From positions 186,001-250,000 of the IMG/VR virus record IMGVR_UViG_3300045971_000577: DNA of 64,000 nt. One strand, 5' to 3'. The notes beneath the pieces are model-generated. The model did no database searches. It saw nothing but the letters and a program-made list of their open reading frames with translations, and had not been told where the DNA came from. Of this stretch, positions 46,724 through 55,223 are shown piece by piece; the first letter of the stretch is position 1; each line of letters begins with the position of its first letter. The translations under genes were made by a program, and so were the position numbers.

Positions 46724-46847
46724 ATTTGTTAGATATGTGACCCCATGATCTAAATCCGCACTTCCCATAAGCCGGAGACCAGAGGGGGCATCTACCCCTC
46801 ACGCAGATACTATTTTATACTTGGTGGCGTATCTGCGGAGTAAATTC

Positions 46848-47084
46848 TTACGCTGTTATTCGATTTGCCTGTGCAGTGCGAATTTCTTCTGCTTGCTTCA
46901 TCAAGAAGCGACCAAGCTGCTCGAGTTGAACCGGAGTCATATAGACTTCGTTGGTACCACGAACATTTTCAGGAACGATATGACGCTCAATGTTCATGTA
47001 AACCAGTTCCGAATATTGATCGCTTTCGCGAACAGAAACATCCGTAACCAACATACCTGCCTGTTCAATTCTGTAAACTGCCAT
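46848..47084 (-). CDS. Hypothetical protein
   Basis: AAGGAAG SD before MAVYRIEQ. Confidence 0.6.
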   Translation of the reverse strand: MAVYRIEQAGMLVTDVSVRESDQYSELVYMNIERHIVPENVRGTNEVYMTPVQLEQLGRFLMKQAEEIRTAQANRITA

Positions 47085-47098
47085 GTTACTTCCTTTGT

Positions 47099-47515
47099 TC
47101 AAAAACTCTTGCCTTCGGCATATCTTTCTCTACGTGAATGGCGACCGTTACCTTTATTTCTGCCTTTATAAGTTGGTGTATAACTATGGCAGTTTGGACA
47201 AAGTAACTCCACATTGTCTTCGTGATCGTTTGCGCTATTCCCGTCTTTATGTTCTAACTCGAGATTTATGGGTTTGCCCATCCATTCTGTATTCTTGCAA
47301 TGGTTACATGTACCATTCTGTTTTTCAAATAAATATCTCTTCAACCAGGGTGCCGAGCCTGTGCCACTTTTTGCATTGTGTGTAATCTTCCATTCTGCAA
47401 TCTTTAGATTGTACTGAAAGTCTACCTGACACCTAGTGGAACAATATTTATTTTTCTTTCTATGCTTATCGTATTTACATTCCTGTAAACAAGATAAACA
47501 TTTGTATGTAGTCAT
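47099..47515 (-). CDS. HNH endonuclease (Zn-ribbon type)
   Basis: KYCSTRC; LELEHKDGN..N...NVELLCPNCH. Confidence 0.88.
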   Translation of the reverse strand: MTTYKCLSCLQECKYDKHRKKNKYCSTRCQVDFQYNLKIAEWKITHNAKSGTGSAPWLKRYLFEKQNGTCNHCKNTEWMGKPINLELEHKDGNSANDHEDNVELLCPNCHSYTPTYKGRNKGNGRHSRRERYAEGKSF

Positions 47516-47519
47516 TTGT

Positions 47520-47593
47520 TGGTGCCCCCACACAGAATCGAACTGCGAATTGATGATTACAAGTCAACTGTTATGCCATTTAACTATGAGGGC
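47520..47593 (-). tRNA. tRNA-Thr(TGT)
   Basis: Cloverleaf, loop CT-TGT-AA, CCA. Confidence 0.9.
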
Positions 47594-47659
47594 GAATTTA
47601 TTATGCTGTGTATTTATGATCTTAGTATAGCATGCCTTCAAACTTTGATCAACCGCGCC

Positions 47660-48487
47660 TTAGTTGATTGCACAAACTTCAGCCTTTGCAGCCTTAGCAC
47701 TCTTTGTGGCAGAGGGCCAGATCTTGTCGGCGTATTTGACGGATTTTGGCACGGGAAATACGATACCAGTCTCTTTTTGCACTTGAGCAAGGCTAGATAA
47801 GAACTTGGTCAAACTACCAGATGCAGCTTCGTGGTTAAATCTGAATACCATTGCTTCGTTTGTTTGCGTGTCGATGATAATCTTGTAGAAGCCGTTAGGC
47901 ACAGTTACCAAGTTTGCACCCATTGTCTTATCTTGCTTCTGGTTATAAATCGGCCCAGCATAGATAAGCAAGGTGTGCGAACGGTTGATTGCCCAAGCAC
48001 GAGTTTGGTCTTCGAGCTTTTTCCAAATGCCACGGTTGAATTGCGGCAGTTGTGGAGTCATGTTGCTTAGGATAAAGCTTTCTCTTGCTGCTTCTGGATT
48101 CCAGCTCATATCTGCACTGTTGGCAATGTGGCCTGTATCGTATCCGGACTTGGCATAATCCTTTAGTTCGGCACGCTTATCAGCTGGCAACGAACGGTCG
48201 GACTTGAACACAGACATTCTCTTTTCGCAGCCAGTTGCATTTTCCGGCTTCAATGTGTAAGACACCCACTGCGGAATCTTTGCCTTGTTATCGTGCTCGA
48301 GCAGATATGCTTTACGACAGATAACGGCTGTGTCATGTTTCTTGACAACAGGCTGACCATACGGAATTTGGGCAACACATTGTTCGATTGGAAGTGGCGG
48401 ATCCTGTGACTGGGCTGCTGCCGACACAGAGAATGCGAATAGAATTGAATATGCGATTTGTTTGATCATAAAAATGCCTATGTGCAA
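47660..48487 (-). CDS. Secreted DNA/RNA non-specific endonuclease (NucA/EndoG family)
   Basis: Signal peptide; GYDTGHIA, ESFILSNMTPQLPQFNRGIW. Confidence 0.9.
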   Translation of the reverse strand: MHIGIFMIKQIAYSILFAFSVSAAAQSQDPPLPIEQCVAQIPYGQPVVKKHDTAVICRKAYLLEHDNKAKIPQWVSYTLKPENATGCEKRMSVFKSDRSLPADKRAELKDYAKSGYDTGHIANSADMSWNPEAARESFILSNMTPQLPQFNRGIWKKLEDQTRAWAINRSHTLLIYAGPIYNQKQDKTMGANLVTVPNGFYKIIIDTQTNEAMVFRFNHEAASGSLTKFLSSLAQVQKETGIVFPVPKSVKYADKIWPSATKSAKAAKAEVCAIN

Positions 48488-48533
48488 GTAATGTACTTAC
48501 TTATCACACAGGCGTCAAGTGGCTAAAAATGTC

Positions 48534-48608
48534 TGGAGCGGGATATCGGTCTCGAACCGATGGCCTAAACTTTGGCAAAGTTTCGCTCTACCCCTGAGCT
48601 AATCCCGC
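48534..48608 (-). tRNA. tRNA-Gly(GCC)
   Basis: Cloverleaf, loop TT-GCC-AA, CCA. Confidence 0.92.
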
Positions 48609-48622
48609 AGTGTTCTATTTAT

Positions 48623-49018
48623 CTAGTATAGCGGCAAACCTAATGATTTGCGACCTCTACCTTTGTTAGCTGCACCTAAAAACTCTGTCTGATAATGGCA
48701 GTTTGGGCATAGTAGTCTTAGATTTGTTGGATGATCATTACTCGAATCACCATTTGTGTGATCTACGTGCAATGTGAGTGGCTTACCTAACCATTCTGTA
48801 ACACCACATTCAGGTATTTCACATTTGTATCCACGAACTTCAGCAATATAAGTTCTTGCTGTAGGACGATCTATTCGTGTGAGCTTTCCAGCCCAAAAAT
48901 CTTCTCGATGTTGTTTAGCTTTCGATTGTGAAGCACATTTCACACTACAATACTTGTTGTTACTTTGATAACTCCATTTACATTCTTTATTACAAAATCC
49001 ACAGGTATATGTTTTCAT
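48623..49018 (-). CDS. HNH endonuclease (Zn-ribbon type)
   Basis: KYCSVKC; LHVDHTNGD..N...NLRLLCPNCH. Confidence 0.88.
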   Translation of the reverse strand: MKTYTCGFCNKECKWSYQSNNKYCSVKCASQSKAKQHREDFWAGKLTRIDRPTARTYIAEVRGYKCEIPECGVTEWLGKPLTLHVDHTNGDSSNDHPTNLRLLCPNCHYQTEFLGAANKGRGRKSLGLPLY

Positions 49019-49068
49019 GGTAGAGTTCCCCTTATGGTATTTATCACTCTACCTTGCAAAAAGTCATA

Positions 49069-49092
49069 GATAAAGGGCCGAAGCCCCTTATC
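49069..49092 (-). terminator. Hairpin after the Ro60-like gene
   Basis: Plus-strand AAGGG-CCGAAG-CCCCTT inverted repeat just past the stop. Confidence 0.6.
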
Positions 49093-49105
49093 GTCTTACG
49101 ACCTC

Positions 49106-50527
49106 TTAGAAGTCGTACTTTTGAACCATGACGGTTTCAAGCATGATGCTGATTGGAGTCATTTCCTTACCACCCAGCACGCTCTTCACAATGCTTGGCG
49201 AGAAGCCAGATACCAACGCAGCACCGACCTTGTTGTAGGTCACAGGGCTGTTTCCGGCGCGACCGTTCAAGTTCCAGAACACAACTTGCGGGACCTTGTA
49301 GCCAGCCGCAGCGTATTCCTTCTCAATGAACTCCATCGCAGAAACGCTAACCGCAGCGCCACCGCCATAACGGCCACCAGTTGTGCCTGCTGTTACACAA
49401 GCATCAAACTCCATGTCCGAAAGGATAAGCACCTTGGTAGGCATTTCCTTCTGATCAACCTTACCCTTCACGGCCGCACCAAGAATCAGCTTGAATACTG
49501 CTGCAAGGTCGGTGTTCATTGCCCAATCCGAACGGTTCATCGCGTCGTAACGCTGACCCAAGTCACCTGTCAACTTAACCATCGATGGCGAGCCACTGAA
49601 GGTTACAAAGGTGTCCTTGAATACACCGCCCATACGCTCGGAAACGTACAAACCCAACGACACTGCAACATCCAGAGCAGTTACGCTACCAGACACTTCA
49701 GAACTCATCGAACCCGATACGTCAACGACCGGCATGATGTTCTCGTCCGAACCTTCCAAGTAGTTAGGCAGAGCCTTCCACTGTTCGATCGAAACGGTAC
49801 GATCACCGGACTTCAACGAACGGATAACGTCGTATGGGTACGACACGCTCGCGTTGATCTTGGTTTCACCAGCCACCAGTGCAGCCTTGTAAGCACCGTA
49901 TCCCGAAGGATCGTGCTTCAAGAATGCCTTCTGGTAACGACCAGCAGCAACCGAAGGAACGTGAGGGTATGTGATACCTGTCCACTCCTGCGCACACATC
50001 TTCTGCTCGACAGTGTTGGACAAGCCAACTACGAGCTTACGATATTCCTTGGGAGTTAGACGCAAGTAGGAGCGAATCTTGTTCGCTTCCGCGCCCTGAC
50101 GAGGCATCCACTTTGCGCACAAACCGTCCTTCACGTCGTTCAACGCAAAAGCGATCATACGCAGAGCTTCACGCTCCAATGTGGTACCAAAAGTCAGCAA
50201 AACGTCGTCCCAGCGACCCAGTTCCGGAACCTTCACCAACAGGCGCGAAGCCAATACGGGTTCAGTCTTCAGAACATAGGAGAACAACTTACGGAATGTT
50301 TCACGCTCACCAGCACCACCACGTGCATCACGTGCCCACTGAAGGACGCGGATTGCGACTTCGCTGTCTTCTGCCAAGGCAGCAGCGAAAGTAGAAGTGA
50401 TGTCCTTACCACGGCTTGCGCCAGCAAGGAAGAAGAGGTCCACGTTCTTGTTCAACGAGGATGCGTTTGTAACTGCGCCGTTAGTTGTGGTTGCGCTCGA
50501 GTTTACTGCTTCAAATAGTGTTGTCAT
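49106..50527 (-). CDS. DUF2828-type TROVE-like + vWA protein (Ro60-like)
   Basis: TTNGA, WARD.RGGAGER, GRWDD, AKWMPR; vWA MIDAS VVDVSGSM; VLILSDMEFD, VVFWNL, VSGFSP; start MTTLF at 50527. Confidence 0.85.
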   Translation of the reverse strand: MTTLFEAVNSSATTTNGAVTNASSLNKNVDLFFLAGASRGKDITSTFAAALAEDSEVAIRVLQWARDARGGAGERETFRKLFSYVLKTEPVLASRLLVKVPELGRWDDVLLTFGTTLEREALRMIAFALNDVKDGLCAKWMPRQGAEANKIRSYLRLTPKEYRKLVVGLSNTVEQKMCAQEWTGITYPHVPSVAAGRYQKAFLKHDPSGYGAYKAALVAGETKINASVSYPYDVIRSLKSGDRTVSIEQWKALPNYLEGSDENIMPVVDVSGSMSSEVSGSVTALDVAVSLGLYVSERMGGVFKDTFVTFSGSPSMVKLTGDLGQRYDAMNRSDWAMNTDLAAVFKLILGAAVKGKVDQKEMPTKVLILSDMEFDACVTAGTTGGRYGGGAAVSVSAMEFIEKEYAAAGYKVPQVVFWNLNGRAGNSPVTYNKVGAALVSGFSPSIVKSVLGGKEMTPISIMLETVMVQKYDF

Positions 50528-50544
50528 AGTGTTTTCCTTTATCA

Positions 50545-50656
50545 GAATCATTTTTTATACTGTTGCCTATACCAATTCGGCTACCTTGCTGTTACCAACA
50601 AGGGTGGGACTCGAACCCACAACTCACAGTTGCTTAGTTAATTGCGGAACTGATTC
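50545..50656 (-). ncRNA. Y-RNA-like unit A (YrlA-like circularly permuted tRNA domain)
   Basis: GAATCA/TGATTC closing stem + CCGCAA; T-arm GTGGG-TTCGAGT-CCCAC; loop-closed 7-bp acceptor; then D-arm. Confidence 0.75.
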
Positions 50657-50670
50657 ATTAGAATGAAATC

Positions 50671-50779
50671 AAGATTATTGTTTTACGTTGACCTGTGTGC
50701 TGCCGTTACACTAAGCTACTCCGGAGTCGAACCGGTCCCCTGGTTTGGATTGTAAGTTTTTGGTTGCTGTAATAATCTT
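50671..50779 (-). ncRNA. Y-RNA-like unit B (permuted tRNA-like, reduced acceptor)
   Basis: AAGATTATT/AATAATCTT stem + ACAGCAA; CCGG-TTCGACT-CCGG T-arm precedes the GTG..CAC D-arm. Confidence 0.7.
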
Positions 50780-50793
50780 TTAGAAATAAATCA

Positions 50794-50899
50794 GATTCGG
50801 CGTGGCGAGTTTTTGCTTTCCCCTCCAGAAAGGTTCTTAGTTAATACCCTTTCGGGTGGTTGCTAATATGCTATATTTTAGTTGTTGCTGAAACGAATC
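50794..50899 (-). ncRNA. Y-RNA-like unit C (no tRNA domain)
   Basis: GATTCG/CGAATC stem + TTTCAGCAA; internal ACCC-GAAA-GGGT hairpin. Confidence 0.6.
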
Positions 50900-50928
50900 G
50901 TTAGTAATGTTGTTGCAAGTCTCGTAGT

Positions 50929-51312
50929 TTACAAGTTCTTTAGCGACATGTCAATGACTTCGGTTGTAAAGTGCGAAGTAGGACTACCTACACCCGGATC
51001 AACTAAAATATCGACACCGATCATAATATTTTTACTGTCTTCGTCCGATTGGAGATCAAACATTAGATAATATCCACCCGTGCCAGTAAATGAAAGCCAT
51101 GCATCTGGCATTCTGACTTTTGTATTACGTTCCTTAATGATGGTGTTTGCATTTGCACATGCATATCGTACCATATCGGTATGAATCAAATACAATACAT
51201 CATGCACCGATATCGGTGCAGACGGCCATTTCCTGACTGCCGGGTTATTATCCCAAATATAGGAGGCTGCTGCATGAAGTGATACAAGATTGTAGCAGAG
51301 TTCAATTTTCAT
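50929..51312 (-). CDS. Hypothetical protein within the RNA array
   Basis: Start MKIELC at 51312. Confidence 0.6.
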   Translation of the reverse strand: MKIELCYNLVSLHAAASYIWDNNPAVRKWPSAPISVHDVLYLIHTDMVRYACANANTIIKERNTKVRMPDAWLSFTGTGGYYLMFDLQSDEDSKNIMIGVDILVDPGVGSPTSHFTTEVIDMSLKNL

Positions 51313-51335
51313 TATGATGTGGTTTAGATAAGACA

Positions 51336-51556
51336 GCGTGGTGTAAGGGACCTGTAGAGTCAATATCTTACCGTAGCTCGATATGTTATATACATGCTAT
51401 CGGGCCTTACCCCGAGATCGAACCTTTTACATCGTCCGAGGATGTTTGTTAGTTCTTATACAGGGTTCATTGCCTAATCATACAAAAAGGCTCCGCCTGT
51501 GTCGAGTGCTAACTACAATACCGCCTTGCAGCGATGATTATTTGCTGTATCCACGC
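51336..51556 (-). ncRNA. Y-RNA-like unit D (~220 nt)
   Basis: GCGTGG/CCACGC stem + ATACAGCAA; internal ACATC/GATGT hairpin and GGTTCGA. Confidence 0.55.
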
Positions 51557-51578
51557 CTTAAAATATACTACAAGCTGT

Positions 51579-51607
51579 ATTATGCAGTAGTTCTATTTAC
51601 CTGTCAA
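51579..51607 (-). promoter_or_regulatory. Sigma70-type promoter heading the Y-RNA/Ro60-like operon
   Basis: TTGACA-17-CATAAT about 22 nt upstream of unit D. Confidence 0.7.
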
Positions 51608-51624
51608 CCTGCGGCTTGCCGGTT

Positions 51625-52416
51625 TTATAGGTCAGAATTAGTAGATTTTTGGTAGGCAAGCTCTTTATTGATAAAATCAACTGCTCTTTTCATCAATCGC
51701 TTATAATCTCGTGAACGTTCTTTTTCCGGAAAGAGGTCAGATATCTTATGAAGAGCCAGTGCTCTCCTCAATGTAGTCATTGCATGTGTTTGCATCGAAT
51801 CAGCAGGCATATCTTTCATCGCAGCCCTCTCAATTGCAAGTGTAACCGAATGAAGGACTTGGGCGAACCGTGCGTTGATTTCTGCAGGTTCGGCACGATA
51901 CGCTAAATTACCCATATACGGATCATCTATGCGGTGTTGTTTCTTTCTCGGAGTTCTGTATGTGTCCGAACTACTTGCCTTTCCACTGGATTTCAAATCA
52001 TCCAGTGCGTGCCTAAGCTCGTGTACGATGGTCGATTTGATTGTGTTCGATGTTATAAAATCTGCATTTAGATAAATTGCCGGAACAGTATTATCCCATA
52101 ATCCGAGTGTATGTCTAATATTCTCTGGATCATCGTCGACATAGTTCTTTCCTGCCTGTTCGGCTGCTGCCTTTCTCGACGCCTTGATTTTTGCACGCAA
52201 GGCATCGCCCTGCAGCAGGACTATGGAAATATCTTCTATTCCCTCAAGCGGCGTGGTGCAGAAGTCGTCTATCTTACCCACGTCTAATGGTTCGGCGTTA
52301 TCTGGATCGATATAATCAGCATACTTCTGTATGTGCTTATAAACGGCGGAAGACAGGGAAATAATCGCCCTGTCTTCTTCTGTAGTTTCGATAATGAATA
52401 GTTCTAGTAGCTTCAT
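51625..52416 (-). CDS. HExxH metallopeptidase-like late protein (MKLLELF leader)
   Basis: IVHELRHALD; AEINARFAQ; GATAAATA at 52435-52442. Confidence 0.65.
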   Translation of the reverse strand: MKLLELFIIETTEEDRAIISLSSAVYKHIQKYADYIDPDNAEPLDVGKIDDFCTTPLEGIEDISIVLLQGDALRAKIKASRKAAAEQAGKNYVDDDPENIRHTLGLWDNTVPAIYLNADFITSNTIKSTIVHELRHALDDLKSSGKASSSDTYRTPRKKQHRIDDPYMGNLAYRAEPAEINARFAQVLHSVTLAIERAAMKDMPADSMQTHAMTTLRRALALHKISDLFPEKERSRDYKRLMKRAVDFINKELAYQKSTNSDL

Positions 52417-52447
52417 AGCGTATCCTGGATACGCTATTTATCTTATT

Positions 52448-52810
52448 TCACGGTACCGCATGACCTCTCAAGATATCGAACTCAGACGGTCTGAGACCAG
52501 CCGCGATCATAATGTCCATACGCTCTTGGTCGGTTTTGGTTTTCCATTCCATAATGTTGTCAATGCCACCATATGCTTTACGTGGTACGTGATGCATAAA
52601 CCATTTTGATATATCACGGAAAGATGCAACAGTCAACGCCGGATGGGCGCGGCAGGATGCATTCATGAAGTTGTTGCACAACACCGCCATTCCGAAACTA
52701 CCGGGATCAATGCCATAGGCAAGGTAATTCCAGAATGATTCTTTCATTTCTTCGGGCACATTTGGAAAATGCTCAAATGTGGCGTCGAACTGTGGGTGCA
52801 TTGTTCTCAT
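52448..52810 (-). CDS. Hypothetical protein
   Basis: AGGA SD; ORF. Confidence 0.7.
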   Translation of the reverse strand: MRTMHPQFDATFEHFPNVPEEMKESFWNYLAYGIDPGSFGMAVLCNNFMNASCRAHPALTVASFRDISKWFMHHVPRKAYGGIDNIMEWKTKTDQERMDIMIAAGLRPSEFDILRGHAVP

Positions 52811-52861
52811 ATTATTCCTGTATAAACTGGCCTATAAGCTATTATAATGATAAATAAAATT

Positions 52862-53680
52862 ATGTCAATACCCTACACATATCTAATCGGCTGGTCAGAC
52901 CATAATCTATGGTACTATGGAGTACGATATGCAAAGACATGCAATCCAAATGATTTATGGGTAACATATTTTACCAGTTCTAAGAAAGTAAGAGAATATA
53001 GAGAACAGTTCGGAGAACCAAATATAAGGCAAATAAGAAAAGTATTTTCAACTACAAAATCTGCCAAAGTGTGGGAAGATAAGGTATTAGCAAGATTGAA
53101 AGTTTGTAATAATCCAAAATGGATAAACCAATCAAATAACTACTCATTTGCATCAGTCGATAAATCGTGGAACGATGGATTAACAAAAAACACCGATAAC
53201 AGATTACAGAATATATCAAATAAAATTTCTGCTAAACGAAAAGAAAAATACTGGAAATCCGGTGATTACATTCGATCAACCGATCAAGTCATTAAAAATC
53301 GTATGTTTCAAATAACAAGAAATAATCCAAATTTTATATTTGAAACATACGATCTATTTGCCGAATATTGTAATAAAGAATATGTGTCAGGTAAGTCTAT
53401 AACAGATATATCAAAATCGGTAAATGTCGGTATGGTTACAGTAAAACTTGCCATTGAACATCAGACCGGTGATATGCCGATAATCGATCAATCATGGTCA
53501 AAACTTAAGAAGAACAACCCGGAATTACCATTCGACGATTATAAAGATTTATGCGACTATCTATACTCGGAAATATTAATAAAAGGTCGAAAAAGATTTC
53601 ATCTTCGGAAAGAACTTAATATTTCCGAAGATGCTATAAGAAGAGCTATTCGTGTCTCAGAAGCCACTCGTTGTTTATGA
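52862..53680 (+). CDS. GIY-YIG (Seg-like) homing endonuclease
   Basis: PYTYLIGW..HNLWYYGVRY...YFTSSK; AT-rich; overlaps the ligase 3' end convergently. Confidence 0.8.
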   Translation: MSIPYTYLIGWSDHNLWYYGVRYAKTCNPNDLWVTYFTSSKKVREYREQFGEPNIRQIRKVFSTTKSAKVWEDKVLARLKVCNNPKWINQSNNYSFASVDKSWNDGLTKNTDNRLQNISNKISAKRKEKYWKSGDYIRSTDQVIKNRMFQITRNNPNFIFETYDLFAEYCNKEYVSGKSITDISKSVNVGMVTVKLAIEHQTGDMPIIDQSWSKLKKNNPELPFDDYKDLCDYLYSEILIKGRKRFHLRKELNISEDAIRRAIRVSEATRCL

Positions 53681-54722
53681 CCTTAAATGAAAATTTACCG
53701 TCTATTCTCTTAAAGACCAATCCTTCTCTAATCAGCGAGTTGATAGATGGTCCTTTAGCATAGTTCAATAATCCATCGACACCGTAAATTCTTAAATCTT
53801 CTAAAGATTCAGACATAGCAATAACCGGTACATGTTCGACCATATTTTTATCGAGGCCTAATTCGTGTAATCTGTATACTACTTCATGCCGCTGATGCGG
53901 AGCAAGATAACATGCATTATCAATATCATAAATGTCAAATATGTGCAATTTATGCGATGTAAAGCCCTCTTTGTTACCCTGTATACCGGGCCCTTGCAAC
54001 TCGCCCTGTACAGCGAAATTTTCGCCTAATTCCCGCAAAGCGTCACGCAAGCCTGAGTCAATAAACATGAGCACAAGGCTATTAAACGCATTGCTGTCAT
54101 CAGTTTTCAGTTCCCAGTTTCTGCCGCACACGCCTTCAAAGCCGCTACGGAAGAAACCAGTAAACGAAGTACCATCCACTTTCATGGTAATCTCGTAACG
54201 AGAATCTTCATTCTCGACGAAAATATCATGCACAATGTTTTGGCAACGTTCCTGATCTGTCCTCTGAATGAAGCTAGGGAAGTTTCCACGAATCTGCCCA
54301 GCAAGTTCTGTAGGAACAGGAGGTTCGTATTTCTGCACACCAAGCAGGTCAGTTACATCATCACCCTCGTGAAGAGGACAAGCATGTTCGGCATTGAAGA
54401 ATGTATAGGACCATTCTGTTGCAAGTGTGTCCGAAATAGGAATCAGCAAGCCCTGCGAAACTTGGCCACGCAGTTTTACTGTTTTCAGTCTGAAACCTTC
54501 TTGCTCACCCATTCTCTTGAATGAGCTTTTACGCAGGAATTCAAACTCTTCACGGATAGGCAAGAAACTGTCAATTTCAAAGTAGACGCAAAGATCGCCT
54601 ACAGCGAATTCACCTTTCTTGACAACAACTTTCCAGCCGTCAACAGTTGCTACCTCGATAGCGTCTGCTTCAGGAATAGGGTTCAGTTCTAGAATTTTTC
54701 TGATTGTTGCTAGGTGTCTCAT
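53646..54722 (-). CDS. RNA ligase (DRB0094/Rnl2-like family)
   Basis: LATIRKI..LNPIPEADAIE, VYFEIDSFLP, KLRGQVSQGL, TMKVDGTS (KxDG), QGELQGPGIQGN, REGLVFK, SFKVINN. Confidence 0.9.
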   Translation of the reverse strand: MRHLATIRKILELNPIPEADAIEVATVDGWKVVVKKGEFAVGDLCVYFEIDSFLPIREEFEFLRKSSFKRMGEQEGFRLKTVKLRGQVSQGLLIPISDTLATEWSYTFFNAEHACPLHEGDDVTDLLGVQKYEPPVPTELAGQIRGNFPSFIQRTDQERCQNIVHDIFVENEDSRYEITMKVDGTSFTGFFRSGFEGVCGRNWELKTDDSNAFNSLVLMFIDSGLRDALRELGENFAVQGELQGPGIQGNKEGFTSHKLHIFDIYDIDNACYLAPHQRHEVVYRLHELGLDKNMVEHVPVIAMSESLEDLRIYGVDGLLNYAKGPSINSLIREGLVFKRIDGKFSFKVINNEWLLRHE

Positions 54723-54735
54723 TACGTGACTCATT

Positions 54736-55188
54736 TTAGTATCCTCTCTCTGCTCGTTGTCCCGGTGTCATATTACACCACTCTTCGTGTTCTGGATTTT
54801 TCGGATGATGTTTAGTAGGTGTCTTTACAATTTCAGAAAACGCCAATCTAAACATCATCGCACTCTGTTCATTTTCAAAGTGAAATCTTAACCAGCTATT
54901 GCCTACTTCGTAGCTGTGATCCCAATCTTTGATTGTTTTGTGCCAATACCATCTATAATCATTCTTCAGTATATCAAATATCACAGTTTCCTGAAGATTG
55001 AGTTCAATCCATTTACGGACTCGAATTCTTATTTTATTATTAATATTGTCGCTGTGTATCGCCACACAATAAGGAAAATTCGAACTAGGCCATTCGTACA
55101 TATATCGACGACCTTCGTGGGAATAATATGCATCCTCGAAAAACCAAGGTGCATCATCGATGTCGTTTTTATAAAGTAGTCGGCCCAT
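54736..55188 (-). CDS. Hypothetical protein
   Basis: ORF; '...FENEQSAMMFRLAF' tail. Confidence 0.7.
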   Translation of the reverse strand: MGRLLYKNDIDDAPWFFEDAYYSHEGRRYMYEWPSSNFPYCVAIHSDNINNKIRIRVRKWIELNLQETVIFDILKNDYRWYWHKTIKDWDHSYEVGNSWLRFHFENEQSAMMFRLAFSEIVKTPTKHHPKNPEHEEWCNMTPGQRAERGY

Positions 55189-55193
55189 AGCGT

Positions 55194-55223
55194 AGTATAA
55201 AAGACGACACCGCCCTGTGTCAA
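55194..55223 (-). promoter_or_regulatory. Sigma70-type promoter overlapped by an inverted repeat
   Basis: TTGACA-18-TATACT; GACACCGCC...GGCGGTGTC flanks the -35 box. Confidence 0.65.

Noticed and set aside
49121-50059. 312-aa plus-strand ORF
   Set aside because: Antisense shadow of the DUF2828 gene; no motif or RBS support.
50560-50745. Ordinary tRNA genes or tRNA pseudogenes
   Set aside because: The T-arm precedes the D-arm, there is no anticodon loop and no CCA; permuted mimics fit better.
50545-50899. CRISPR array interpretation of the ~110-nt periodic units
   Set aside because: There is no identical repeat. Units share only paired ends and a hexamer, the 'spacers' are themselves structured, and no cas genes are present.
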